Positions 29,757 to 40,263 of a stretch of 64,000 bases of DNA are shown here, piece by piece. The stretch is from Ostreococcus lucimarinus (taxonomy: Eukaryota): the NCBI GenBank assembly GCA_000092065.1, contig CP000588.1; one strand, 5' to 3'. The stretch's first letter is position 1. Each line of letters begins with the position of its first letter. Position numbers and translations under genes: made by a program. The notes under the pieces are model-generated. The model was not told where the DNA came from and searched no databases. It saw only the letters and a program-made list of their open reading frames with translations.

Positions 29757-30668
29757 TCAAATCGTCATCCCAGTCGCGTGCGGGACGACCCGCGAAAGGA
29801 ACGCGTACGTGCCTCCGGCGACGAGCAAAAAGCCGCTCGTCGGATTCACCCACGCGCTCTTCTCCCGCAGCGCCATCACGGATTTCAACCCATCCGTCGC
29901 CGTCGCGGCGAATAATAACGGTGCGACATACCCCGACGTGTACGTCAACAGCAACGTCCCCCCCGACAACGGATCACCGCTCGACGCCGCGTACGCCAAC
30001 AACGTCGCCAAAATCGGCGTCGCGCACGGCGACGCCGCCAGCGCGAACACCGCCCCCGCGATGTACGCCTGCAGCACCGGCGACACTCGCACAGACTTTG
30101 GATCGAAATTCGCCCCGAACGACGGAAAGCTCACCTCGACGACGTCTAACAGGTTCAATCCCATGGCGACGGCGAGCGCCGCCGCCGCCGTCGGCAATCC
30201 GTCGCCCAAGCCTTGCCCGTACGCCGCTCCGAAGCTCGCCGCTACCACTCCTAACGCCGCCAGTGTGCTCGCTAATCCTCCGGCGAACGCGACGCTCGCC
30301 ACGCGCACCGTTTTCGCGCGCTCTTCCGCGCTCGGCGCTTCGCCCGCGCCGCCGCCGCCGCCGTACCCGCCGATGTATCCAATCGTCAGCGGCAACACGC
30401 TCAGCGTGCACGGCGATAGCGACGTGAACACCCCCGCGGCGAGGACGGTGACGTACGTCGTCGCGCCGACGGTGCCGCCGCCGAGGACGTCGGCGCCGAT
30501 CGCCGCGTCGAGGGACTGCGTGGCGTCGTAGAGCGCGACGTCGAGCGACGCGAATGCGCGTCGATCGCGCCGCGCGCGGCGATCGGAAGCGCGTCGAGGG
30601 CGCGGCGCGCGCGCGAGTCGCGAGTGACGCGCGAACGCGCGGCGCGCGGGCGCGGACGTCGAGCGCAT
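29757..30668 (-). CDS. CCDA: CcdA thiol-disulfide transporter (cytochrome c-type biogenesis, DsbD family), plastid type
   Basis: It has six predicted TM helices. The two conserved Cys motifs are SLSPCTLSVLPLTIGYIGG and ASPCATPILATLLAY. There is an R/A-rich presequence. Confidence 0.8.
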   Translation of the reverse strand: MRSTSAPARRAFARHSRLARAPRPRRASDRRARRDRRAFASLDVALYDATQSLDAAIGADVLGGGTVGATTYVTVLAAGVFTSLSPCTLSVLPLTIGYIGGYGGGGGAGEAPSAEERAKTVRVASVAFAGGLASTLAALGVVAASFGAAYGQGLGDGLPTAAAALAVAMGLNLLDVVEVSFPSFGANFDPKSVRVSPVLQAYIAGAVFALAASPCATPILATLLAYAASSGDPLSGGTLLLTYTSGYVAPLLFAATATDGLKSVMALREKSAWVNPTSGFLLVAGGTYAFLSRVVPHATGMTI

Positions 30669-30755
30669 GGCGTCGACGAGTGCGGGGCGCCGGGACGGCG
30701 GACGAAGCGAGTCGCTGAATAATGTTACACGTGTTGCTGTTCAACCGATTGACGA

Positions 30756-32187
30756 TCACGCGCGGACGATGACGGAACCCGAACGCGTGTGGTAACGCAC
30801 GCCTTGCGTCGGCTTGTACTTTTCGTTGCGGACTTGTAAGGTTTCGACCTTGATGCCGCTGACGCCGGCGCCGGGAACGCGGAAGGAGGCGGTGATGTCG
30901 ACGACTTCTTGCAGTTGCACGCGACGCTGTGCGACGGCGACGGCGGGCTTGGCGGCGATTGCGTTGGAGGCGTTCGTCGCCGTCGTCGTCGGTTCGTCGT
31001 CGTCGTCGGCGCGCATGGTGACCTGGACGGATAAGCACGGCGTCTTGTCCGCGGGGAACTTTTCGATGACCCAGTGCACGGTGTTGCTCGTGACGTCGAA
31101 CGTCGCGTCGCCGTGCGTGGACGTAGGATCGGCACCGATGACGCGCGATGGTAAGCGCACGTCCAAGGTGACCGACTCGACGGGTTTCTCGAACGCGGGC
31201 TTGGAGCCGACGACGACGCTCACGCGTCCTTGCTGCGCGCCGAACGCGCACTGCGGACGAATGTACAGCGGTAACGGCACCGAACTCAGGTTATCGCTAT
31301 TCGCCGTCTTCAACCACGGATTGGCTTTGATGTATCGCGGTTGCCACTGATCGACGTCTTGCTTGCTCGTCGGCGGTCGAACCTTGTACGACATCAACAC
31401 GCTCGAGCCGTCGGCGGGAACGAAGGACACCACGCGATCGCTCGCGAAGCGCGACAGACGCACGCTCGGGTGAAAGCTGTACTCCTCGATCAAGTGCGAG
31501 TTGCTCAGGGTCAGGTTGATGTCCGGCATCCCGCTCAATCGAGAGTTGACTTCAATCCTCCCGTACACCGCCGACGACAGCACCTTGCCCTCCGCGTCAA
31601 TCGTCGCGTCGATGGTTTCGATGAGATCCAAATAAATCTCATTGCTCGTGTACTTGATATTATTCGGGCGCCACGGCAACGGGAGCAACTTGAGCGGATC
31701 TTGATCGCTCACGATGACGCCTTGATTCCCCATCACCGTCGCCGTGACGCGATTGTACAAGTTCGGCGGCGGCACCAGCACCTTCAACCCCCCCGCGTGC
31801 GTGTTCACCGGTATCCCACTATCCAGCATCTCATCCAACAACTGATACAGCGTCACGTGGTGCTCTTGCAGCGTCGTCTCCGTGACGCTCTCTCCGAAGT
31901 ACGCGCGCAGCACGTCGTACAATTGCGACAAGAATTCGATCACCAACAACGGCGCCGTCTCCCTCGAGCACGTCGCCACGTACGTCACCTCGCCTCGCGT
32001 CAAGAAGAACCCGTACGACCCTTGATCGACGCACGCCGCGTCGCCGTCCACGCCCTCGCGCTGTCCCCGTCGATGCGCTTCGAACACCCTTTCGCAAATC
32101 TCGCTCCCCGCGATCGCGCCCCAGTGCTTCACCGCGATCAGCGATTCCGTGCGATTGTTCACGACGAACAGCGAGTCGATCCCCATC
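30756..32187 (-). CDS. AP3M: AP-3 adaptor complex mu subunit
   Basis: MGIDSLFVVNNRTESLIAVKHWG...PLLVIEFLSQLYDVLRAYFGESVTETTLQEHHVTLYQLLDEMLDSGIPV aligns with AP3M1 HWKSVVSQSVCDYFFEAQ...PLFVIEFLHRVADTFQDYFGECSEAAIKDNVVIVYELLEEMLDNGFPL. The mu-homology domain contains SFVPADGSSVLMSYKV. The track ORF (to 32768) carries about 190 codons of upstream non-coding extension. Confidence 0.8.
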
Positions 32188-32264
32188 GCGCGCGTCGACG
32201 GCGGCGCGGTCGCGGCGCGGTGCGCGCGAGGAGCGTCGCGAGTGACGCGGGGTAGCGTCAAAGT

Positions 32265-33836
32265 GTGACGCTCTCGGCGGGCGCGCGGCGCGCCATGTCG
32301 ACCGCGAGCGTCGACGTCGCGCGCGTCGCGACCATCGTCGCCGCGCTCGCGCTCGTCGCGCACTGCGCCTGGGTCGCGTGCGTCGAGCGCGCGGTGCGCG
32401 CGGCGCGATCGTGCGCGAGCTGGTTGCGGCGAGAAATCATCCTCACGACGGGCGGCGCGAAGCAAGCGGCGCGCTACGTCCCGGTACTCGGACACACGGT
32501 GGCGCTTTTTAAGGCGGTGGGGTCGTATCCGTGCACGTGGGACCTGTTCGCGCGATGGGGGGCGAGCGCGGCGCCGAAACCGGCGCGAGTGCAAATCTTT
32601 CAGAGACACTGCGTCGTCGTCGCGGATCCGGATCTCGTCAAGCGCGTGATGCAGGTGAATTTGAAGAATTATAAAAAGGACACGGAGTTTTCGTACGAAC
32701 CGTTCCTGGAGATATTGGGCACGGGGCTGGTGACGAGCGAGGGGGAGACGTGGCGGGAACAGCGACAACGGATATCGAGCGCGTTGCGGGTGGAGATTTT
32801 AGACGACATCATAGCCATCGCGACGCGCGCGGTGGACAGATTGTCGGAAAAGTTGGAACGGGTGCGTGGGAAGAATGAACCCGTGGAGCTCGCGGAGGAG
32901 TTCCGATTGTTGACGTTGCAAGTGATCGCGGAGGCGATTTTGAGCCTCACCCCAGAGCAAAGCGACGAAGTCATGCCGAATTTATATTTGCCAATCATGG
33001 AGGAGTGCAATCGACGTAGCTTGGAGCCGTGGCGCAAGTATTTGCCCACGCCAGAGTGGTTCGCGCATCGCAAGCGCGTGGCGATGCTGAATGAGTACAT
33101 CGTCAATCTCATTCGCGGTCGATGGAAGAAGCGCACGTCGGGTGAGGCGAATGAAAACCCGGACATTCTCGATCGCGTGCTCGCGTCCGTGGAGGTCGAG
33201 GACTACGGCGCGGACATCGAGGAGCAAATGTGCTATGAGATTAAAACTTTTCTGCTCGCCGGTCACGAAACGAGCGCGGCGATGCTGATATGGACGACGT
33301 GGGAGTTGGTGAATAACGAAGAAAAGATGGCGAAAGCCGTCGCGGAGGCAAACAAGGTACTCGGCAAGGTGAAACCCGGTCGACTTCCCACGCGAGACGA
33401 GCTCGCACATCTTGATTACAACGTTTCCGCGCTCAAGGAATCGCTCAGGCTGTACTCGGTCGTTCCAGTGGTCACCAGACGCGCCATCGCTGACGACGTG
33501 TTGGGCGGATGCCGCATTCCAAAGGGCACGACGGTTATCATTAGCTTGCAAGGCGTGCATCATCGCGAGGATTTATGGCCAAACCCGTTATCTTTCGAAC
33601 CTGAACGCTTCTTAGACGGTAAGAACGACGAACTCGGCAACTACGCGTACTTGCCATTCATCCAAGGACCGCGTAACTGTCTGGGACAATATCTGGCGCT
33701 GCTCGAGGCGCGCGTCGTGCTCGCGACGCTCATCAGACGATTCAAGTTCAAGAGCGCGAGCACGAAGAACGGTGCTAAGCACACGAAAGCGATTCCCATC
33801 GCCCCCGCGGATGGTATGTGGTTTACCGTGGAGTAG
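32265..33836 (+). CDS. Cytochrome P450 monooxygenase (CYP4/CYP97-clan-like)
   Basis: The I-helix is FLLAGHETSAAM, the K-helix is ESLRLYSVVP, the PERF motif is FEPERF, and the haem loop is PFIQGPRNCLGQYLAL. Confidence 0.85.
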   Translation: MTLSAGARRAMSTASVDVARVATIVAALALVAHCAWVACVERAVRAARSCASWLRREIILTTGGAKQAARYVPVLGHTVALFKAVGSYPCTWDLFARWGASAAPKPARVQIFQRHCVVVADPDLVKRVMQVNLKNYKKDTEFSYEPFLEILGTGLVTSEGETWREQRQRISSALRVEILDDIIAIATRAVDRLSEKLERVRGKNEPVELAEEFRLLTLQVIAEAILSLTPEQSDEVMPNLYLPIMEECNRRSLEPWRKYLPTPEWFAHRKRVAMLNEYIVNLIRGRWKKRTSGEANENPDILDRVLASVEVEDYGADIEEQMCYEIKTFLLAGHETSAAMLIWTTWELVNNEEKMAKAVAEANKVLGKVKPGRLPTRDELAHLDYNVSALKESLRLYSVVPVVTRRAIADDVLGGCRIPKGTTVIISLQGVHHREDLWPNPLSFEPERFLDGKNDELGNYAYLPFIQGPRNCLGQYLALLEARVVLATLIRRFKFKSASTKNGAKHTKAIPIAPADGMWFTVE

Positions 33837-33894
33837 ACGCAAAGTAGATGAGATGGCGCGTGTTTTAATTGCAACTCAGATTTCCAGATTTAAC

Positions 33895-34953
33895 TCACTC
33901 GTCGTCGGGCTTGCCCAGGTACCCGTATGGATTCGCGCTCGCCCACTTCCACTGATCTTTGCAGCAGTCTTCGATAGTGCGCTCGGCGCGCCAGCCGAGA
34001 ACTTCAAACGCCTTTTGCGTGGCGCCGTACACCTCCGCGGCGTCGCCCTCGCGACGCGCGACCATCTTGCACGGAATCTTTTTCCCAGACGCCTTTTCAA
34101 ACGCGGCGACGAGCTCCAACACGCTCGTGCTCGTCCCCGTCCCGAGATTCACGGTGATCAACCCCGCGTTAGGATCGGTGGTGAGCTTTTTCACCGCCGC
34201 GACGTGCCCATCCGCCAAATCGACGACGTGAATGTAATCCCGTCGTCCCGTGCCGTCCTTCGTCGGATAGTCGTTTCCGAACACGCTCAACTCCGCTCTT
34301 CGCCCCACCGCCACCTGCTGCACGAACGGCATCAAATTATTCGGAATCCCCTTCGGATCCTCCCCCAGCGTTCCGCTCTCGTGCGCGCCGACCGGATTAA
34401 AGTACCTCAACAGCGCCACTCGCCACTCGCCGTCGCTCTTTTGCAAATCGCTCAGAATGTGCTCGATGAACAATTTCGTCCGTCCGTACGGATTCAGCGC
34501 CGCCGTCGGGAAATCCTCCGTGCACGGCACCGACGCCGGTTCCCCGTACACCGTCGCGCTCGAGCTAAAGCACAGCGTCTTGCATCCGTGCCTCGCCATC
34601 GTCTCGCACAGCGTCAGCGTGCTCCGAATGTTATTCTCATAGTACAGCAGCGGCTTCGCCACGCTCTCCCCCACCGCCTTGAGCCCGGCGAAGTGGATCA
34701 CCGCGCGCACCGTCCCGCACGTCGCGAACACGTCCTCCAGCGCCTCGGCGTCGCGGCAATCGCACTCGCGAAACGTCAACCGCGCGGCGCGCCGCTCGCC
34801 GACGATCGCGCGCACGCGCTCGACCGCCTCGGCGCACGAATTGTCAAAGTTATCGATCGCCACGACGGACGCGCCGGCGAGCAGGAGCTGCACGCACGCG
34901 TGCGTGCCGATGTACCCGGCGCCGCCGGTGACGAGGACGCGGACGTCGTCCAT
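33895..34953 (-). CDS. GALE: UDP-glucose 4-epimerase (GalE/UGE)
   Basis: The Rossmann motif is [13 protein letters not shown], the catalytic YxxxK is [12 protein letters not shown], and the characteristic [12 protein letters not shown] is present. The ATG (MDDVRV) is at 34953. Confidence 0.85.
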   Translation of the reverse strand: MDDVRVLVTGGAGYIGTHACVQLLLAGASVVAIDNFDNSCAEAVERVRAIVGERRAARLTFRECDCRDAEALEDVFATCGTVRAVIHFAGLKAVGESVAKPLLYYENNIRSTLTLCETMARHGCKTLCFSSSATVYGEPASVPCTEDFPTAALNPYGRTKLFIEHILSDLQKSDGEWRVALLRYFNPVGAHESGTLGEDPKGIPNNLMPFVQQVAVGRRAELSVFGNDYPTKDGTGRRDYIHVVDLADGHVAAVKKLTTDPNAGLITVNLGTGTSTSVLELVAAFEKASGKKIPCKMVARREGDAAEVYGATQKAFEVLGWRAERTIEDCCKDQWKWASANPYGYLGKPDDE

Positions 34954-34967
34954 CGCGCGCGCGATCG

Positions 34968-36419
34968 GTGGACGCGCGTCGAAGTGCGGATGGCAACGTT
35001 TGGATAACGCGACGCGACGCATCGTCGACGACGCGCCGTCGACGACGCACCGTCGACGACGCGCGGGCAAAGCGACGCGCGCGCGCGATGGCGTCGGCGT
35101 CGGCGTTCATGGCCGTGCCGTCGTTCGACGGCGACGGCGACGACGTCGCGTGGGCGCCGCCGGCGGCGGGACGCGCGGCGACGCGCGACGACGACGACGA
35201 CGCGACGGCGGTGGCGCGTCGCGACGGGCGCGGCGACGCGAGAGACGCGCGCGTCGCGACGGCGTCGACGGCGGCGCGCGGGAAAACGACGCGGAAGCGC
35301 GGCGCGAGGAGAGGGGAGGGGAGGGAGGACGACGCGCGGGACGCGCGCGGGCGGGAAGACGCGCGCGGGAGGGACGACGAGGGCGCGGCGTCGACGAGCG
35401 GACGAGCGCGGGAAGGGAAAGGCGCGAGCGTGAGCGGGAAAGCGCTCGGACGCAGGCGACGGGCGGCGGAGAAACGGCGGAGGTTGGCGGAGGCGAAACG
35501 CGCGGCGCGGGACGACGGCGACGACGGCGCGAGAGCGAAGAGGGCGAAGCGCGAGGAGAAACGCGTCGTCGAACGCGCGCCGGCGGCGGTCGAGGACGCG
35601 GAGTCGAGCGATTACGACGAGGAGTTGCTGCCCGAACCCGCGATGGCGCCGAATGAGCCGGTGAGCGATGATGAGTCGGCGTCGGCGTCGCGAGACGCGA
35701 GGACGCGCGCGCCGGCGGCGACGGCGTCGTCCGCGTTTATGAATAAGATGCGCGCCAAGCTGAGCGGTGGGCAGTTTAGGATGCTGAACGAACGCTTGTA
35801 TACCACCACGGGGGACGAGGGGTTGGCGCTCGTGAAGGACTCGCCCGAACTCTTCGAGGCCTACCACGCGGGCTTTCGTTCGCAAGTCGAATCGTGGCCG
35901 ACGAAGCCCGTGGACGTCATCGCCGGCGCGCTTAAAAAGTCCCCGAAATCTTGGGTCGTGGCCGATTTCGGATGCGGCGACGCCGAGCTCGGGCGCGTGA
36001 TCGAGCAAAAGTGCCACTCTTTCGACTTACAAACCCCGGAATGCGCTCCCGAAGTCATCGCGTGCAACATGTCCGACGTCCCGCTCGGCGACGCCTCCGT
36101 CGACTGCGCCGTGTTCTCGCTCAGTCTCATGGGCACCGACTACGGCTCCTTCCTCGAGGAGGCCCATCGCGTGTTAAAACCGGGCGGTTTATTATGGATC
36201 GCCGAGGTTCGCTCCCGATTCGACGGCAAAAACGGCGCCGCCACCGTGTCTTCCTTCGTCGCCGCCCTCGGCGCGCTCGGCTTCAGGCTCGGGCGCGACC
36301 CGGACGAGCGCAACACCATGTTCTTCACCGTCGAGCTCTTGAAGACGTTCGCCACCCCTCGCGCGTCTGCTCCCATTCGTTGGCCTCCTTTGAAGGCGTG
36401 TTCGTACAAGCGTCGATGA
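34968..36419 (+). CDS. RRP8: rRNA-processing protein 8 (RRP8/nucleomethylin, 25S rRNA m1A methyltransferase)
   Basis: The C-terminal methyltransferase domain contains [15 protein letters not shown]...[21 protein letters not shown]...[12 protein letters not shown]...[12 protein letters not shown]. The N-terminus is basic, acidic and low-complexity. The start may be a downstream ATG. Confidence 0.75.
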   Translation: MDARRSADGNVWITRRDASSTTRRRRRTVDDARAKRRARAMASASAFMAVPSFDGDGDDVAWAPPAAGRAATRDDDDDATAVARRDGRGDARDARVATASTAARGKTTRKRGARRGEGREDDARDARGREDARGRDDEGAASTSGRAREGKGASVSGKALGRRRRAAEKRRRLAEAKRAARDDGDDGARAKRAKREEKRVVERAPAAVEDAESSDYDEELLPEPAMAPNEPVSDDESASASRDARTRAPAATASSAFMNKMRAKLSGGQFRMLNERLYTTTGDEGLALVKDSPELFEAYHAGFRSQVESWPTKPVDVIAGALKKSPKSWVVADFGCGDAELGRVIEQKCHSFDLQTPECAPEVIACNMSDVPLGDASVDCAVFSLSLMGTDYGSFLEEAHRVLKPGGLLWIAEVRSRFDGKNGAATVSSFVAALGALGFRLGRDPDERNTMFFTVELLKTFATPRASAPIRWPPLKACSYKRR

Positions 36420-36587
36420 TCCATCGTTGTATTCCCAGCGACTCGCGCGTCGTCCCGCCGCCAGCGTTTTATCCACGCTGGCGCTCGCGGTTCGCGCGTC
36501 GCCATCTCGCGGCGTCGCGCGCCGCGCACCGCGCCTCGCCTCGGAGCGCGACGCGCGAAACGCGCCCGTCGTCGTCGTCGACGCGCC

Positions 36588-36676
36588 ATGTCGCGTCGCC
36601 TCGCGCGCGTCGCGCGCTCGAGCGCGCGCGCGCTCGAACGCGCGCGCGGCGGCGACGCGAACGCCGCGCGCGCGCT

Positions 36677-36707
<31 letters not shown>

Positions 36708-37445
36708 CGCGCGATGGCGACGCGCGACGGTGATTCCGCGACGGCGCGCCTGCTGCGGGAGGACGAACGCGCGCGAATCGCGCGAGATTTGCGCGCGATG
36801 GCGACGCGGAAGCTGGACGGCGACGCGTCGGCGCACGGACGACGCGTCGCGTTGGTCCCGCTGGGCACGTATAACGAAGATCCGTGCGTGGTGGTGACGG
36901 TGAGCGAGGATATGATGCGACGGGGGAGGGCGTGCGCGCTGCCGAGCGCGGCGGTGGAGGAGTGGACGCTGTTGGAGAGCGCGAGCGTGGCGACGACGAG
37001 CGCGGCGAAGCGAGCGAAGGAGGCGTTGTTCGGGAAAGACGATAAGACGGTGGTGGAGATGTTGGGGGCGACGCACGACGTGTTAGACGTTCGTGGTCGA
37101 ACGGTGGTGACGCCCGTGTTGGCGTACATGGGCGAGATTGGAGAGAAAGTTCGTGGAAGGAGCGACGTGGCGGCGATTTCGTTGTCGACGCTCATGTCGC
37201 TCGACGGCGTGGCGCCGGATGCGAAGAACGGCGGCGTGCGGTTCATCGGCACGCTCGCGGCGGCTGGATTGGAGGGGTACGAAGCCGCTGCGCTGCACGC
37301 CGCGCTGCGCGTCGTCGCGGGTCCGCGTTTGGAGTACAAAGAGGCGCTTTACGATCAATTCGTCGCGGGATACAAACGCCGAGCTCCGCCGGCTCCGCCG
37401 GGGGCCAAGCCATCGACGCCCGAGGACGACCGCGCCACGGGTTGA
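36588..37445 (+). CDS. Hypothetical protein (no family recognised); its last ~25 codons plus 3' flank form copy 1 of a 113-bp direct repeat
   Basis: The ORF shows codon-like GC3 periodicity, while the opposite-strand ORFs are low-complexity antisense reads. It ends ...GYKRRAPPAPPGAKPSTPEDDRATG. Confidence 0.35.
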
Positions 37446-37478
37446 GCGCGTTGAATTATTGAGTTTATGACTTCAGCC
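37364..37478. repeat. Direct repeat copy 1 (~113 bp), identical to 40264..40378
   Basis: The repeat is gcgggatacaaacgccgagctccgccggctccgccgggggccaagccatcgacgcccgaggacgaccgcgccacgggttgagcgcgttgaattattgagtttatgacttc. It also shows up as two track ORFs with identical tails ...DTNAELRRLRRGPSHRRPRTTAPRVERVELLSL. Confidence 0.85.
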
Positions 37479-37816
37479 ACGGGCATCACGGACTGAAATC
37501 ACGGAAACTTTTTTTTGAAAACGGAACAGCTCTTCGGGAAAAATTTCAAGCTTCGTTTGCAAATAAACAAGGTCTCGGGATTGCATGATTCGGGTTGCAG
37601 GATGATTGATGATGAAATGTCAGTGAGCTCTTATGAAAATTGGGGCAATAGCAACACTTGTAAATCATATTTCATTACGCGTTTCGGTTAAATATAAGTT
37701 GCTTGAATTTTGGATTTCCGTGGGACACCAAGTGCTCGAAGCGGTTGTTAGATCAGTTTCGGAGCCTGCAATAAGTTGCACGCGGTTGTTGCAGTACATA
37801 CAATAAGAGGCTTTCG

Positions 37817-38310
37817 CTATTTGAAGCCTGCGTTGGAGAGCTGCTTGCACCAGTTCTTTGCACGTTCTTCACTCTTGTGACTTTCATTGTCTTCATCAAG
37901 AGGGAGACCAATAAACACACCATCAACAAGAGCCTTACTGTCGGCGAAATCGTAGTCATCTTTAGAGACGTTTCCACCGCACATTTCTGCGCCAGTATCT
38001 CGGAAAGCCGAGTGAAGTTCTTCGATGGCGTCGCAAAAGTATTCACCGTAAGCAGAACTGTCACCAACACCAAAAACAGCAACTTTTTTGCCGCTCAAAT
38101 CTAGCGACCGGATATCACCGTACGCTTCATCCCATGCGGTTCCACTTCTTCCTTCGTCAGCACCAGTATGCCAGGTCGGGGCTCCAACAATGAGAGAATC
38201 GTAACTTGACAGATCACTCACAGCAACGTCCGCAATGTCCATTGGTTCTGTGATCTCTCCATAGGGTTCGAATGAACTTTGGATCCATTCCGCACAGTAT
38301 TCGCAGTTTC
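37817..38310 (-). CDS. Flavodoxin (long-chain, FMN-binding), exon 2
   Basis: After a TAG acceptor the frame reads (G)NCEYCAEWIQSSFEPYGEITEPMDIADVAVSDLSSYDSLIVGAPTWHTG...VAVFGVGDSSAYGEYFCDAIEEL...DDYDFADSKALVDGVFIGLPLDEDNESHKSEERAKNWCKQL. This aligns along its length with cyanobacterial and algal flavodoxins. Confidence 0.75.
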
Positions 38311-38383
38311 CTAAGGCGTCAGTTGCACGTCAGTCGTTGAGCAAGTTGGAATTAGAACAATTCAACAAAGTTGAGTAACTTAC

Positions 38384-38636
38384 CCGAAGTCGTACTGAAG
38401 AAGAGCCCCACTTTAGCCTGTGGTGCTTTGGTGTACACTGTTCGCCGGTCGTTTGTGCGCGCTTTTGGGCGCGCCCCGAAAAAGCTCGATCGCGTAAGAA
38501 AGCTATTCGTCTGGAACATATCCGCGGGAATTGCTGTGGCGCCGTTGTGTGTGCGCAAATGAATGTTCACTCGCCGATTAGTCGTAAATAACAGACGCGT
38601 GTCGGAGTGTGCTTGGCACGCGCCCATCGAGAGCAA
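38384..38636 (-). CDS. Flavodoxin, exon 1 (S/T/R-rich transit-peptide-like leader plus FMN phosphate-binding loop)
   Basis: It reads MLSMGACQAHSDTRLLFTTNRRVNIHLRTH...KAPQAKVGLFFSTTSG, with GLFFSTTSG matching the flavodoxin P-loop GLFYGSTTG. It ends at a CGG|GTAAGT donor in phase 1. The intron is about 38311..38383. Confidence 0.7.
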
Positions 38637-38716
38637 TCACCCAGCCCTAATTACTAAACCCTATAATTACATATTTTCGCTCAGGTTCCACTAGAAGCGT
38701 GTAAAAAATGGACCTT

Positions 38717-38762
38717 TTCTGAAACACGTGTCCTTCTGAAACACGTGTCCTTCTGAAACACG
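38717..38762. promoter_or_regulatory. Tandem 17-bp repeat (about 2.6 copies) with two CACGTG G-box/E-box palindromes, 90-110 bp upstream of the flavodoxin ATG
   Basis: The sequence is ttctgaaacacgtgtcc ttctgaaacacgtgtcc ttctgaaacacgaagg. Calling it a promoter element is inference. Confidence 0.3.
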
Positions 38763-39089
38763 AAGGCGAGAAAACATTTAGCACAACTTACATGCCAGGA
38801 GTTGGTCCTTCGCTATGGTTTGTCAAGCAAATAAGCAAGGAACACGACTAAACAGTAGTGTTCGCGGTTTTCTTGCGCAGCGAGTTCGGCAATGGACGCT
38901 TTCGCGATTATCGTTGCGTTGCGCTTCGTTTTGTTAGCCTTCATCTATGGCAGATACTCGGCGTTGAACGTTTCAGGGTCCTTCATCTTTTTGATTGTCA
39001 AATACTCGCTGAACTTGGGCGTATGCGTGCCCCGTGGAAGAAAAATGCACAGTAGTGGATGATGCCTGAAAAGTGCGTGTATGTTATGT

Positions 39090-39941
39090 TCATGGATAAG
39101 GAATAACAAATAGTAAAACTAGGAAAGGTATTGAGCAGCAGTATGCTAGGATCCATTCAGTATCGATGCTCACGTTGCAAGAATTTGTTGGGGCCACGTT
39201 GGTTGTCTCTTGAGGCGAAAGCTCTGAAACATTTTGCGAATCGTACTTTGTGCGAGCCGGGATTTTCTTCGGTACGCGAGAAGCCAATGCCACCGCGCGT
39301 TCGTCCTTAGTATCTCGGAAGATTTTCCAGCGTAGCAATGGCACACAGTCCTCGTTCATTTCAGCGGCAATTAATGCAAGTCGATACGCTCTCTGCAGAC
39401 GATCTGCCTTGAGTTCTCGTAGTGCCAACAGTTGAATAAATAATCCCGATTTTTCGTGGTCGTGCACACTTACGGCTGCACCACGCTGCAATGCTCGTCG
39501 GCTTGCTTTTGTATCGCCTAAGTTTTCCTCGAGCATTCGAGAATAGGAGATCCATACCACAGGTTCATCTATGTGCACTGCACATGCCTCTTCAAAGCGA
39601 CTTATCATCTTCTTTCCCTCATGTTCAAACGCACGTAAATTGCCTGCTTTCTTTAAGGCCCGCGTTCGATGCGCGCTTCTACGTGCCGTTTGATAATGCT
39701 CACAGTTGCTCAAACTGTAGCTACGTCTGTCGTCGAGGTGTACGGCTTGGTGCGATTTTGCATACCGCACGGTGGACACTTTGTGGGTCACCTCGATTGT
39801 GTCAATGTGTGCGCGCGGCTGCTTGTTCCAATTTTGACACAACTTCATTCGATTCGCCGTCCCCTGCGACATCGGGGCGCCGTCGTCTAACGTTACTAGC
39901 AAACGGATGTCGAGGTGAAACGACGCGCGCCTGTCGGCCAC
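39090..39941 (-). CDS. ORF with HAT/TPR-like half-repeats (possible exon(s) of an RNA-processing HAT-repeat protein); gene model uncertain
   Basis: WISYSRMLEENLGDTKASRRALQRG and LLRWKIFRDTKDERAVAL resemble HAT repeats. The N- and C-terminal parts of the ORF look like read-through non-coding sequence. It lies inside the low-GC island, where short AT-rich introns are likely. Confidence 0.25.
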   Translation of the reverse strand: MADRRASFHLDIRLLVTLDDGAPMSQGTANRMKLCQNWNKQPRAHIDTIEVTHKVSTVRYAKSHQAVHLDDRRSYSLSNCEHYQTARRSAHRTRALKKAGNLRAFEHEGKKMISRFEEACAVHIDEPVVWISYSRMLEENLGDTKASRRALQRGAAVSVHDHEKSGLFIQLLALRELKADRLQRAYRLALIAAEMNEDCVPLLRWKIFRDTKDERAVALASRVPKKIPARTKYDSQNVSELSPQETTNVAPTNSCNVSIDTEWILAYCCSIPFLVLLFVIPYP

Positions 39942-40263
39942 GCGCTCGTTGAATGCAAAGTAAAACGACCCTTAGCGAAACTATCGCGTATAGTAAATAC
40001 GATGAGAGTATGAAATATTACTATTTTTCTCGATATGTAGCTTAAATGAAAAATTGGCGCGTGGCGCTGCCACGGGTTCGGAAGATGCCAGTCAAACGCA
40101 GATTGTGTAATCCGAACGTCGCGCGAACGTCATCTCAGGCAAGAAACCCGAGCTTACCACCGTTAGCTTTTGCTCGTCGAATCAGTGATTGCTTCATCTT
40201 CGTATCGATCCCGAACTCGGTACAGAAATCTCCGATGACTTGGGAGTGTAGTGCGATTGCTTT

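Larger units (their letters stand above)
37479..40263. other. Low-GC island (~48% GC against ~69% in the flanks), 2.8 kb, bounded by the 113-bp direct repeats
   Basis: Base composition shifts abruptly at both repeat junctions. Inside are an A/T-rich UTR-like sequence, a flavodoxin gene with a 73-bp GTAAGT..TAG intron, and a HAT/TPR-like ORF. Confidence 0.7.

Noticed and set aside
29974-31251. 425-aa minus ORF (Arg-rich) plus the nested plus-strand ORFs 29921..30427 and 29698..30531
   Set aside because: They overlap the strongly supported CcdA and AP-3 mu genes in other frames or on the other strand. They have no domain signal.
33772-36017. ORFs 33772..35007 (+), 34776..36017 (-) and 34679..35656 (+)
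   Set aside because: They are antisense or out of frame to the GalE and RRP8 genes, with Arg/His-rich nonsense composition.
40046-40200. Possible tRNA-like GGTTCGG / CGTTCGGATT T-loop-like strings in the island
   Set aside because: I could not fold a convincing cloverleaf (acceptor/anticodon stems) by eye. A tRNAscan-SE run would settle it.
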